63,697 nucleotides of DNA from Gnetum montanum (Eukaryota; Plantae; Gnetophyta), in the NCBI GenBank assembly GCA_015680685.1, contig MNCI01000248.1, forward strand, positions 91,283 to 154,979. Direction: 5' to 3'. A program made the translations under genes and the position numbers. Positions within the stretch are counted from its first letter, which is position 1. Each line of letters begins with the position of its first letter. This document shows positions 24,777-37,900 of the stretch, one piece after another. The notes under the pieces are model-generated. The model searched no databases, was not told where the DNA came from, and was given only the letters and a program-made list of their open reading frames with translations.

Positions 24777-26474
24777 TGTTGCAACTAAATGCCTCAATTA
24801 TTGGAATAGGAACCAAGGATCCTCGATGTAGAAAATTCCTCAACCTTGAACCCCTAGGGCCTTCATGATGAAAATGGGAATCAGGGCACCCTAGCCAATT
24901 CGGTAGATCAACAAGGGACTTGGAATATGTAAAACATGAAAATATAAACAAATCCAAATAATGCATGAATAACAAATTTAATTCTATTGAACTCAAAACT
25001 CAAAACTTAAAAATTTATTAAGAAGAGAATAAAGAATAAGTTAGAGAAATGTGTACAAAAAATGATTCCTAGATGAGCAAAATGGAAGTCCACTTGTATA
25101 AAAGTTCAAAGCCCATTGAAGCCAAGACGATCTACTCCACAATCCAAGTGCCAAGGCACTCTTGATGCTGTAGGACTTCCCTTCACTACTACAACCTTGG
25201 ATCTACAATATGGTCACTGTTAGGGAATGAGAAAGGGGAAGTATTTGGATGCTAAATTACTCCACACTAGGTTTTGAATCCCAAAAGTGCAGTGTTAACA
25301 CCAAAATCAACTAAGTCTCAAGGCCTTAATGCTTACACTTTGGGGACTGCAAGTATGGAAACTTAAAAAGCTCTTAAGTTCTTAAAGATGCCCTAGGTGC
25401 AGACTTGTGTCTATTCAAATTACTACTAAAACTTGCTTTGTCAAAATTTTCTCAACCTTGTCAAAAATGAGGAGCTTGCTCAAAAATTCTAGAACTTTGT
25501 GAAACAAATGTCTCCAACCTATAAATGGTGTTGGAGTTTGGCTTTTATATGGTCTTTTGACCATAAATGGGGCTGCAAATTAGATATGATTGGGCTACAA
25601 AAAGGTTGCAAAAATGGTTGTAAATTTGATGTAATTTTGCTACAACTTGGCTACCAAATTCAAGTGAAATGAGTGCCCAAATTTGGAGGGGTTATTAAAA
25701 ATAGTAAGTTCTTTTCCCCATGGTCATTTCATTTACTAAAAATAGTAACTAGGTCATCCCTTCCACACTGGAGATGAATCTTCTATGTTGAGCTCTCCAC
25801 CATGCTTGTTGAAGTGGCTGGTCAACATTGAAATGCATGACTTGATGAATTTTTCTTCTTGTGGCTTCCATGCTATGGGTTTGGATTTTCCACACTAGGG
25901 GAGGAACTTCATAGGTTGGGGGGAAAGATTTCAAGCTAGCAAAAAACTTCCCATGCTAGGAGAAAAGTTTGCAAGCTAGAGGGAAAACTTTCCAGGTTGG
26001 GAAAAAAGTTTCCAAGCTAGGATGAAAACTTTCCAAGTTGGGGGAAAACTTTCCAACTTGGGAGGAAAGTTTTTAAAATGTGGCTTTGGTCTCCATGATG
26101 AAGGGGGGAATGTTTTCAAACCCCCCATCCTTCCACACTTGGGGTAGGTGAGATCTACCCCCTTGCATGTATTTTCAATGTAGAAAAATTTCTACCCCAT
26201 AAAACCCATTAAATTATCTTTTTTGGCATTCCAAAAGCCATTTTGACCCTCCTCCCCAAGCCCAAATATAGATACTAGGTGACTTTTTTCACTTGGGGAA
26301 TGAGGCTTTGAACACTTATGAGGCATTTTATAGCCCCAAAAGTGTAAAGTATGTGAAATTTTCCATTTTGGATTACAACTTTCACATTTATAATGAGATT
26401 CTACCTTGGGTTCCATGGGGTGAAAGCTACATGATTGAGATTGATTATGATATGTAAAATTTTTTGGTATTTCA
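24777..26474 (-). repeat. 3' LTR of Y (includes ~20-bp GGGGAAAACTTTCCAAGCTA repeats near 25900-26070)
   Basis: Collinear with 44149-45857. PPT-like AAATGGGGGCCA on the minus strand at 26476-26487. Confidence 0.9.
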
Positions 26475-26725
26475 ATGGCCCCCATTTGTTGGTGTATAGA
26501 GGATTTACCCAAGAGGAACCAACAAAGAATACAAAACATCACTACATATTATAATGTTACAATGCATATATGACACATAAGAATCAAGCTATCCAAGTTA
26601 CCAATGTTGCTAGTTTAAGGCCATAGTGGGTCATGGTACCAGTTTAAGGCCTTGGTAGGCCATGTTGCTAGTTTAAGGTCATAACAGAACATTGTAAGGA
26701 GGCTCTCTTTTTCACAATCTATCAG

Positions 26726-28150
26726 CTATATGTAGTATGGCTTTAGATAGGAATGATTGACTAGATTGGCTAGCTCATTCCCATTCATGTCAAATATTCT
26801 AAATGATCCATTTATGTAGGCTTTGGTAATAAGGAAGGACCCTTCCAAGTTGGCTGAGAATTTTTCCACATGCTCATGGATGGCCTTGAGGATGAGGTCC
26901 ACCTCCTTGATCTTGTGCATGGTCAGGTTATCATGATTTTACCTCTCTTGATAGTACTCAATGTGAGTAAGCACTTGTGTATGCCACTCCTCCACTGAAT
27001 CTAGTGCTACTATTTGTAGCTCCTTACTCTTCTCATCATTGATGAAGTCAATCAATGCTACTCGAAGTGATGGCACCTACAATTTAAGAGGTAAAACAAC
27101 TTCAAAACCATAAACAAGGCTATAAGGGATCATGCTAGTTGCTATGTGATAGGTTGTTCTATATGTCCATAGTGCATGGACAAGCCACTTATGCCACTTC
27201 CACTTGCTATTTTTGATCTTCTTGAGCAAGTTGATGATGGCCTTATTACTTACTTCAACTTATCCATTGGATTGAGGGTAGTAAGGTGATGAGAAAGAAT
27301 GCTTAATAACTAGGTTGTGGCAAAAATCCTTGGTTTCCTGGCTATTGAATTAAGGTCCATTGTTTGTAACTATGGNAGGATCATTCTAGTTGCTATGTGA
27401 TAGGTTTTTCTATATGTCCATAGTGCATGGACAAGCCACTTATGCCACTTCCACTTGCTATTTTTGATCTTCTTGAGCAAGTTGATGATGNTAATAGCCA
27501 GGAAACCAAGGATTTTTGCCACAACCTAGTTATTAAGCATTCTTTCTCATCACCTTACTACCCTCAAGCCAATGGATAAGTTGAAGTAAGTAATAAGGCC
27601 ATCATCAACTTGCTNGCTACAATGTTGTCTAGGATAAACTTGCAAACTTGTTTAGATGTGGTCTTCCATAGGGGAATAGCTTCAACCTACTTGATAAAGT
27701 ATTTGGTTGTGGTGATGATGAAGCTATGTCCTATGGTAGATCTAGGTGTTTTGGGTTCAATGATATTCAACCCCCATTGTTGAAATGACCATGTTATCTT
27801 GGTTGTATATAACTTAGTTGGTGATATATGTATCAAGTTGCTATATCATTGGCATGTATCAGATCACTTAACCTTTTGTAGGTAGTCATTTTTCATATGA
27901 GACCTATAGTAGCCTAACCGTCTAATCTTAGCAACCTTGGCTCTAGGTCCTATATGTCCACCACAAACACCATTGTGAACCTTCTCTAGAACTATTCTAC
28001 CTTTGGCTTTTCCTAAGCACTTAGGAGTATGTCATCATAGGACCATTGAAATAATGTGTTATTACCTACAATGACATACTACTTCAACCACTTGCATATG
28101 GAGTCCTTCTGAGAAGTAGGCCTTGTGAGGATTCACCATGCATTAGGTAA
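26726..28150 (-). pseudogene. Integrase of Y (decayed; local assembly scrambling at 27376-27615)
   Basis: Zinc-binding HNGVCGGHIG...GYY...DTCQ; core FQQWGLNII...KYFIK*VEAIP; SSPYYPQSNG; C-terminal KFSANLEGSFLI. Confidence 0.88.
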
Positions 28151-28167
28151 AATTTGATATCATCATA

Positions 28168-28683
28168 TCACTCCTTGGGAGGGGTAGTATGAATAACAAC
28201 CACAAAGATATCCTCAATGTTTTGTGCAATGAAAGTAGTGTAGTCCACAATTAAGGTGGGCAAATTGCTAAACACATATGGTCTCACACTAAGGGCTAAT
28301 GTTGGAATTGCATTAGCTATGGTGTTTTCATTTTGAGGTATGTGCTGGATATCAACATCTATGAATTTTTGTAATAATTTCCTTCCTAGGTTATAGTAAG
28401 GTTTTAATTCCTTAGCTTTGCATGCATAAAATTTAATTACTTGGTTAACCACCAGTTGGGAATCACCTTTGATGGCTAAGTATCTAATTCCTAGGTCATG
28501 AGCTACCATGATCCCTTTGATTAAAGCCTCATATTTTTCTATGTTTTTGATACATAGGAATCCAAAATGATAGACAAATGGTTGGATTTTACCAGATGCA
28601 AGTGTTATGATAGTAGTAGTACTAGCCCCATGGGTAGTTGAAGCTCTATCAAAGTTCATGAATACCTCATAACCCTCAAGCAC
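28168..28683 (-). pseudogene. Additional archaeal-type RNase H (aRH) domain of Tat-clade elements
   Basis: MNFDRAST...KYEALIKGI...IKGDSQLVVNQV...IQHIPQNENTIANA, located between RNaseH and integrase. Confidence 0.88.
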
Positions 28684-28699
28684 TTAGCTAACTTTCTTA

Positions 28700-30393
28700 A
28701 TGTGTTCATTAGGAAACCTACGATATATGGCTACTTGATCATCAATAAATGAAACTATGAGTTGTATGAAAATAGCTTAATCTTTTGTAGAGGATTGAGA
28801 GATGAAATGGAGGTCGAACTTTGTGATTATGGCTTTCCATCAAGCTATATGGCTACTTTTGTAGATGTTGGTCATTATGGCTCCAAGTATGTTGTATTTG
28901 CAAATTATGTTGACTTGGCTTCTAAAGAGGTAGCATCTCCATTTCTTCAAAGAGAAGACTAGTGCTAAACAATTCTTCTCCACTTCAATATATCAAGTCT
29001 CATGGGCTACTAGCACATGACTAAGGTAGTGTACAAGCATTTATGCTCTATCATCATGTTTCTAACAGAGTAGAGGGCCAATGGATGTATCAAGAATGGC
29101 AAGATAAATGTAAAATTTTTTACACTCTTATAGAGGATAGATTATAGGTAGCTATGTTAATTCTAAATTAAGGTTTTCAAAGGCTTCTTGGCATTAGGTC
29201 ATCCACTCATAGTAAAGTCCTTTCTTAATCAAGTGGTGCATGAGCTATAACTTATTTGTAAGCCTAGCGATAAACCTACAAATAAATTGTAGTCTACCGT
29301 GTAACCCTTGAAGCTCTTTATGGTTGCTAGGTACTGCCAATTTGGATATGGCCTTAACCTTATTAGGATCTACGTGTATCCCTACCTCAGAGACTACAAA
29401 GCTAAGCATCTTACTGATCTTGACATTGAAGACACACTTCTTAGGATTGACCCTAAGTTCATATTTGAGGCATTGTTTAAGCACAAGATCTAGGTCATTT
29501 TCATGGTCATTGGCTATTTTAGTATTCATAGCTATGTCATCTACATAATCATTAAGTAAACCTAGCATGTAATCACTAAAAATATAAGTCATAACTCGTT
29601 GGTATGTCACTTTGGCATTCATAAGGCCAAAGGGCATCATGGTATAGTAAAAAGTACCCCATGGGCTCATAAACGTTGTGCTAAGTTAGTGCTCTAGGTT
29701 GATCCTAACTTGGTTATACCCTGAGAATCCATCCATAAAGGACAACAAGACATGTCCAACTATAATATCGATAACTTGATCAATACTGGGCAAAGGAAAT
29801 TCATCCTTGATGGTGGCTTTATTTATGTCTTAAAAATCAACACACATATGGATACTCCCATTTTTCTAAGGGACTACCACTATGTTGAATACCCATTCTA
29901 CGTAATCAATAGCCCTAATGAAACCTGCTTGGTAGAGCTTTAAGATCTCATTATGAACTGCCAAGGCCAAATCAGGGTTAATCTTGTCCACTTTTTGCTT
30001 AACTAGTCTAATGCTAGGATCTAGTATAATGTTGTGCTAGACTAGTTGTGGGTCCAAGCTCAACATATCTTCATATGACTAGGTGAAATCCTTCATGTTT
30101 TTTTGTAAGACTTTAGTGATGTCTTGGGTACATTGAGGCTCTAGTGAGGAACTTGATTTAAGGGTTTCCTCCTCACCAATGTCTATTGTGATAGGAACCT
30201 CAACTAAAGGATCTTCAGTTATGTTTCCTACTTCTAAGTCAAGGGTTTTGGCTAGGCATTTAGCCCATTCTAGAGGTCTCTCTATTGAGGCTTTGTGGTC
30301 CACAAGACTCTCAACCTCAAAATCTAGGCAACCATAGTCAATACATCATTTAATAGCACATAAAGGCAAACTGATTTGCTCCTAGGTACTCAT
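28700..30393 (-). pseudogene. RT and RNaseH of Y
   Basis: SFMDGFSGYNQV; SPWGTFYYTMMPFGLMNAKVTYQRVM; YVDDIA; LRVNPKKCVF; GIHVDPNKVKAI. Confidence 0.9.
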
Positions 30394-31309
30394 ACTTTGA
30401 TCCTGCACATCAAACAAAAGCATATTAAGTGGCACCTAGGTAAAATTGAATAAATAATGTTAATATGCCATAAAAAATATGCAAATCTAATGCATTCAAG
30501 GCATCCAAGGTCATTAATAAGATGAGGTAAATTCAAAAAAGTGTAATAGAGGTGAAAAAAGGTTACATAAAGGTCAAACAAGGGGAGATACAAGGAGTAA
30601 GGCTATAAATGATCAATAAAGGTCATAGTTTTACTAGTTTTAGGCCTTAGTAGGCCATGATTCCATTTTATAGTCTTAGTAGACTATGATGCCAATTTAA
30701 GGCCTTAGCAGGCCATCATGCTAGTTTAAGGCATTAGTGGGCCATGGTCATATGGTATCAAATGGTGGTCATGGAAGGTTAAACCCCACTATTTGATACC
30801 ATTTAAAGGCCAAAAAAAAAGATAAATAGAGTTGTAATAAGATAAAAAAAGAACATATAGTGTTTTATAGAAGCCATAAAAGGTCAACCATGTCCATAAG
30901 GTAATATAAGTCTAAAAAAATAAAAACATTATATAATATGTTAGAAATCAACTAAGATAGGCCATATATAGTAAAATTTGGTTAATATAGATCAAAAATG
31001 GTTAATTTTTGTAAGATTTATGCCTTAGTAGGCCATGTTTTGAGATTACAAGGCTATTAGGTTAGTTCAATCATTAATCAGGATTATTTCTATGCTATCT
31101 AGACCCAAAACTCAACTACTTTGAGGCTTCAACATTAGGCTTGGCATGGAAAAAAGGATCCTTATTATGGAAACTAAGGAAAATATATTTTAGGATGCTT
31201 AAAGGTCCAAAGTAAAGGTCCCAAAACCTTCCCAAGGAAACCCAAGGTCAAATCCTTCAAAATTGAACTTCAAGGAGGTTTATAAATGCTAAAAAAAAAG
31301 GTTATGAAG

Positions 31310-34300
31310 CCTTCCCCCCTTCTTTCCACATTGATCAGCATGAAAAAGAGAGGGGTTAGCATGGGGAACCAAAATCCAAGCAAAAATAACATCAAATATG
31401 GTCAAACAGGTAGCTAGAGTCTAAATCTAAAACTTGTGCATCTCTCAGCTTGGTTCTAAGGTAATTTGAGGCTATTTTGAGTGTCAATTGGTGTTGAAAT
31501 GACTTCCCCCCTTCTTCCATGCTGGGCATAGTATCCTAAGAATGAAAAAATATAGGAACACTTATATAATAAATTTAGAGTGGTTTTGGAGTACTTTGAC
31601 AAGGTTTCTATGCCCCTAGGGCTACAAACTTTGATTCTGCAAGTTTCTAGCTCATTTTGGACATGTTTTAAGGCTATTTAAGGGTACGTAAGGCCTTTCG
31701 TCCCTATTTACATATCAAGAGAGTTAATCAAATGTGTAATAATTGGAGAAATGGGTTTTGAAGATTGAAATGAGGTCAAACAAGTAAAATCTTAAGGCTG
31801 TGAGGTCCTAGGCTTCCTCGGCAAAGGTCTTTGTCTTATAAGAGTGTCATATTTCTCTCAAAAGTGGAAAAGAAATGTACCCCCCTTGTTTCTATGCTAG
31901 GTAGGTTATTATATCATGAAAAAAGTAAGAATTGTAGATCTAGGAAAATTCAAATCACAATCAACTATGCATGTTGCCTCCTAGGATTATCAAGCTCAAG
32001 GGCCATGGATCCATGTTAAAATTTGATAGTTTTCATCATTAATAAGTGGTTTTCTAGCTTTCCCCATTTCTTCCATGCTAAGGCTTCCATTCATAGCATG
32101 AAAAACAAATGGAAGTTAATTTTGAACCAATTTTGACCTCAATTAACTTTGCATGTCAACCTTTGGGGCTACTGGGGTTAAGGATTAAGGTTTGGTCTTA
32201 AGTTTTGGTAATTTTGGGAATTCCTAAGTGGTTTTTTTATTTTCCCCCTTTCTTCCATGCTAAGACATCCATTATAAATTTGGAAAATAAATGGGATTTG
32301 GTTTTTAACCAATTTTAACTTCAATCAACTTTGAATATCAACCTCTAGGGCTGCCAAGGTTGAGGACTAAGGTTTCATCTCAAGTTTTGGTAATTTTGGA
32401 CATTCCCAAGTGTTTTTCTGGCTTTTCCCATTTCTTCCAAGCTATCAATAGAGATATCACCATGGAAAATAAGGAGTAAATTTTTGGCCAATTTTGACCT
32501 TAATCAACTTCACATGTCAACCTCTAGGGCTACTGGGTTGGAGGACTAAGGTTTGGTCTTAACTTTTGGCAATTTTGGGCATTCCCAAGTGGTGTTTTTG
32601 GCTTCCCCCTTTTCTTATAGCCTAGAAATAGAGATCTTAGCATGGAAAATAATGGGAAGTTGATTTTTAACCAATTTTGACATCAATCGACTTTGCATGT
32701 CAACCTCCAAGATTACTAAGGTCAAGGACTCAGGTTTGATCTCAAGTTTTGGAAATTTTGGGTTTATTTATGTGGTTTTCTGGCTTTCCCCTTTCCTTCC
32801 ACATAGAGGCTTCCATTCTCAATGTTGAAAATAAGGGAGAGTGGATTTTAATTAATTTTAACCTTAATCAACTTTACATGTCAGTCTTCGGGGTTGTTGG
32901 GGTTAAGGACTAAGGTTTGGTGTTAAAATTGGTCATTTTAGAGTTTTTTAAAGTGGTTTTTGCACTTCTTTCCCCATTTTTCCATGCTAGAGCTTTCATT
33001 TTCAGCATGTAAAAAGGGGAAAAAATATTTTTTATGTGTTATGGCCACTTTTGATCATGCATGTGGGCTCCTAAGGTTGCTAGTGGATGGCTAATGCCTA
33101 GTGTTAAAATCTAGTTGTCTTGAAGGTTGATGAGTGGTGTTTTGGCTTCCCCATTTTTTTACACATTGGGGCTTCCATTCCTAGCATGAAAAAGTAGGAA
33201 AAATTATTTTTGATATCTTCTGGCCTTTTTCAACCATGCATGCAAGTTTCCAAGGTTATTGTAGATGACTAATGTTACTTGATGTTAAAATTTCACTATT
33301 TCAAAGTTGAAAAGGAAATTTTTTAACTTATCCCCATTTTTCCACACTAGGGGTTTTAAGATAAGCATGTAAAATTAATTTAAAGCTTTTTGATCACTTT
33401 TGGCCACTATTGAATATGCGTGCAAGCTTCCCAAGTTGCTTGTGACGATGGCTACTACTTGATGTTAAAATTTCACTGTTCCAATGTTGTTAAGGTATTT
33501 ATTAGACTTACCTACATTTTTCCATGTTGGAGTTTCCATAATTAGCATGGAAAATTTTGGGGAAATCTTTTTGATTACTTTTGACCACTATCAGTTATGC
33601 ATGTAGGCCCTAAGGTCACCCGTGTCGCCTACTACCATTTGACGCTGAAATTTGACTATCTCAAGGGTCATAACCTATTTTTTGGACTTTCCACACATTT
33701 TCCACACTAGGGATTCCATGATAAGCGTGGAAAATTAGGAAAAAAGTGTTTTTGATTATTTTGGCTCATATTTCCATGCATGAGCACTCATAGGCTTGTT
33801 AGCATTGGTCATCAATGCCCAAGGTCAAGATCTAGTTGTTTAGGGGGTTGTGAGGGGGTTTCTAGGCTTCCCCCATTTTTTCCAAGTTAAGGTTGGAAGG
33901 CTAAACATGGAAGAGGTTCCCTAAATCAATAAATTCAAGTCTAGGCTAGATTTCTAGTTAATCAACCATGCATGTCAACCTCTAAGGTTATCAGTATCAA
34001 TGGTCAATGTTAAGTGTCAAGATTTGATAATTTGGAGGCTTTTATGTGTCTCATGTAAATTTCCCCATTTCTTCCATGCTAAAAATGGTGGCCCCATACT
34101 AGATGAGAGGTGGGTGATAGATTTTTACCATGTTTTACTCATTTTGGAGCTTTTTGAAGCTCCAAAGTGTTCTAGTAAGGTCCAAGGGTCATCTAGCATC
34201 AAGAAACAATCATTAGGTCATCAACTTAGGTCATGTTTTGCTTCCCCCCATATTTCCATGCTGAAAATGAGAGGATCACTATGGGAGAAGTCTCCCTTGG

Positions 34301-34510
34301 TGTGGAAAACATCAAATCCTAGGTTTTGACTAGTTTCAACAAGGTTTGGTGAGGTTCCAAGGCCACTAGAGATACTTGGAAGGGTTATAGGTCATGTGGG
34401 GTTTAATTTGGGGTTAAAATTATGCTTGATGGATGTTAGGAGGTAATACTAATTATCACCCCCTTCTTCCATGCTGTGCACTATTGTCTAAGTGTGGAAA
34501 TCCATGGTGC
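31310..34510. repeat. Degenerate tandem array, ~180-bp monomer, roughly 17-18 copies
   Basis: Anchor TTCCCC...TTCCA(TG/CA)CT at about 32061, 32243, 32425, 32604, 32787, 32971, 33149, 33331, 33511, 33690 and 33869. Each has an inverted AGCATGGAA about 15 nt downstream. Confidence 0.88.
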
Positions 34511-34949
34511 TCAACCTTGTTCATGTTTTGTCCAAATTTGAAAACCTAGTGTTGAAAAAGGTAAGTCTGGATTACTAAAAATAGAAAGATTTTGTAATGC
34601 TAATAAATTTGAAAAATGATAAACATGTTTCCATTCTTAGCATGGTATTCCTAGCATGGATGCATGGGGGAAAGGTTGCCATAATGTTTTAGGTGTTGAA
34701 ATTGGTAAGTTTGGTCAAAAAGGAAGGCATAGGGTGTGGCCCACAATCTAAAAATTTAAAATTTTGAAGAGGGAAGGTATTTCCCCCTTAGAACCAACAT
34801 GAACTAAACTTTCCCTCCTTTTGAACTGATATACACTTGTAGTCATGGTGCACTTTATTAGCAGTCATGGTTTTGTTTAGGTTTTGATGGGTTTATAAGT
34901 CAAAATTTGCAAATTTTGCTCATAATTGTCATTCTTCAACAACAACACA

Positions 34950-37900
34950 TTGGAGGAGAGCTCTGGCAAAGATTCTTGTGGTGGCCATAATTAATATTTA
35001 GCATGAAAGAATCCCATATCCCCTACAACCATCATAGAACCCTCATCTTCCCCCAATTTCTCTCTTTCTTAATGTTGAACCTCCCATGGCACACAAATAG
35101 AGAGGAGGAAAGAGAAAGAACCCCACAATCTAGAGGATGGACAAGCATTCAAGTGAATTATTAGAGGTTCCAAGGCCTATCTCCATCCAATCCCCATCTA
35201 TAATTTCTCCAAGGTAGGTAATTTCACCTGATTTTAAGTTTATTTTTTGTGATTTTTCTTGTTTTTGCATTCTAAGTCTTACGAGAATTTTTTAAAATCT
35301 ACTCTGTAGATTTGATTTTGAAAATAGGCCTTGGTATTTTGTGCTTTTTTCTCAAAATCTTGGGATATGGTCATTTTTGTTAGATCTAGGCATTAGTATT
35401 TGTTAAAATTAAATTTTAACAAAATATTACCCCTTTTTTGATGTGAATTTAAATGATTTTTAATGGTTTTGGCTATTTCAATCGTTTTAATGGCTATATG
35501 AAGTTTAGGCTTTGGGTTTTCTGAAATTTTACTATGAAAAAGAGAGTCAAGTTATGTATTTTTTATTAGTAAAATGGCTACATATTTGTAAAATCAAAAG
35601 TTATAAATTCGTAGCCATTTATTTAAGCTTTCGAATGGTTACTATCTCATTTAATTTGACTATGAAACGAGGGAGTTATGATTGTTTCCCTAATGTTGCA
35701 CAGTTAGGCTATTTGTGCCACTTTTGTAATTTCATGTAGATTTATGAAATTTTCATACAAAAATGGAAAATTCTAGTCATGGTTGCATAGGGTTTGGCTT
35801 GTGTCCCAACCAAGGTGGAATCACTCCGATTGTAGTTAAAACAAAATTTTTTATGAATTTTTTATTAAGGTTGTAGTGCATTACCCAAAATAGAAGTGGT
35901 TGATTTCTTGCTTTTTCTAGGAAGTAAAAGATTTTTCTCTTTGAATTAAGTTTTTGTTATGGCTTCATAGATTTTTCCATGTTTATCATGGTTTTTTCTA
36001 AATTTGTGCATAGTTTAGATGTTTTTTCCAAATTTGTGCATGCTTTGCATAATTTTAGATGCTTTTTCTTAACTTATGCTTGCTTTTTTTCAAATTTATG
36101 CATAATTTAGATGGTTTTTCTAAAGTTATGCATAATTTAGACTAACATATAGTTTTGGCTACACTGCTTTGGTTATTAAGGCTATAAAATATGACATCAA
36201 TGTTTTTATGAAATTTCTCAAGCTAATTTAGATAAATACCTAAGAGCTTTTACAAAAGCTAATTTCACCTTTGACTTAGAAAGTTTTCTCTAAATTTGTA
36301 AAGGAATTCCAATTGGTCATAATGCAAGATCATGCAAGATTCTGATGAGATTACTTAGGCTAATTTAGATGAACACCTTAGAGCTTTTAGGGTGGCTAAT
36401 TACACCTCCAACTAGGGAGTTTTCTCTAAATTTGTAAAGAAATTCCAATTGGTCATAATGCAAGGTTATGAAAAGTTGTGATGAAATTACTTAGGCTAAT
36501 TTAGATAAACACCTTAGAGCTTTTTACAAAGCCTAATTTCGCCTCTGACTATATTTTTTATCTAAATTTGTAAATAAATTCCAGTTGGTCATAATGCAAT
36601 GTTGTGATAAAATTACTTAGGAAAATTCAAATAAACACCTAAGATCTTTTTACATAAGTTAATGTCACCTCTAACTTAGCAAGTTTTCTCTAAATTTGTA
36701 AAGAAATACCAATTAGTCATAATGCAAGGTTGTGATGAAATTACTTAGGAAAATGAAGATAAACACCTATGAGGTTTTTATATAAGCTAATTTCACCTCT
36801 GACTTAGGAAGTTTTCTCTAAATTTGTAAAGAAATCCCAATTGTTCATAATGCAAGGTTGTGATGAAATTACTTAGGCAAATTTAGAGAAGCACCTAAGA
36901 GCTTTTTACAGAAGCTAATTTCACATCTGACTTAGGAAGTTTTCTCTAAGTTTGTAAAGAAATCCCAGTTGGTCATAATGCAATGTTGTGATGAAATTAC
37001 TTAGGCAAATTCAGATAAACACCTAAGATCTTTTTACAAAGGCTAATTTCACCTCTGACTAGATGTTTTGTCTAAATTTTCTAACTAACTCTAATAGGCC
37101 ATAATTTTTTTGCTTTGAAATATTGTAATAGTGCTTTGCTATGAAATTTCTTAAGCTTATTGGATAACTACCTTAGAGCTTTCTATAGAGGCTAATTTCA
37201 CCTCTGACTAAAATGTTTTCCTAATGTTGGTTACAATGTTTTTGCTTTGTTTTCTGCAAGGTCTTCTTTAGTCCTATTCTCATCATAGTGAACCTAGTAG
37301 GCATTTTGTGATACATTGGTCATCCCAAGACCAATACTTTATCGTAGGAAATGCCTCTTGGGAAGCTCTCATTATGGTTTTGACCTAAGGTAAGGAACTT
37401 CCTTGCCTACCTCCTGAAGAACTTCAGTGTGATGTTGTGGTTACACTTCTCTATGGATGTAGATAGGGTTGTTCTAGAGACCCTATTGCCTTAGGCATCA
37501 GGACTTATTACTAGGTATATTACTAATAAATCAATTCCTAAGACCAAAGGGAGGCCCACAAATGCTGTAAGTTCACGCTACCTATCAAATATCTGGACAA
37601 TTCCAAAGCATAGTTAGTATAATAGTGATAATACTCTGATGATGATACATTGAGCTGATAGATTATTCCAGAACCCACCTAGCACCATATATCATCTATA
37701 AGGGTAAACATGGTTATTGTAATGTTTTCTTATGATTTTACATGATCTTGGCTTGACTCCTTTACCTAACTTTGTTAATTTTACTTCTCGCAAGTACAAG
37801 GTCAACGAGCAAGGTTTGATCATTAATGACCAAATCCTAGTAATGGCTCAAACTACTTGGACTAATTCACAACTAGGTTCAACATGGTATATAAGAAGTG

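Noticed and set aside
27376-27615. Direct copy (of about 27127-27240) and inverted copy (of about 27225-27346) inside the integrase, suggesting a hairpin or inversion
   Set aside because: Each piece is read-sized, near-identical to its source and delimited by single Ns. This is typical of gap-filling artefacts.
31310-37215. Regularly spaced palindromic repeats superficially like a CRISPR array
   Set aside because: Whole monomers are homologous, so there are no unique spacers. No cas genes, and the context is a eukaryotic retrotransposon.
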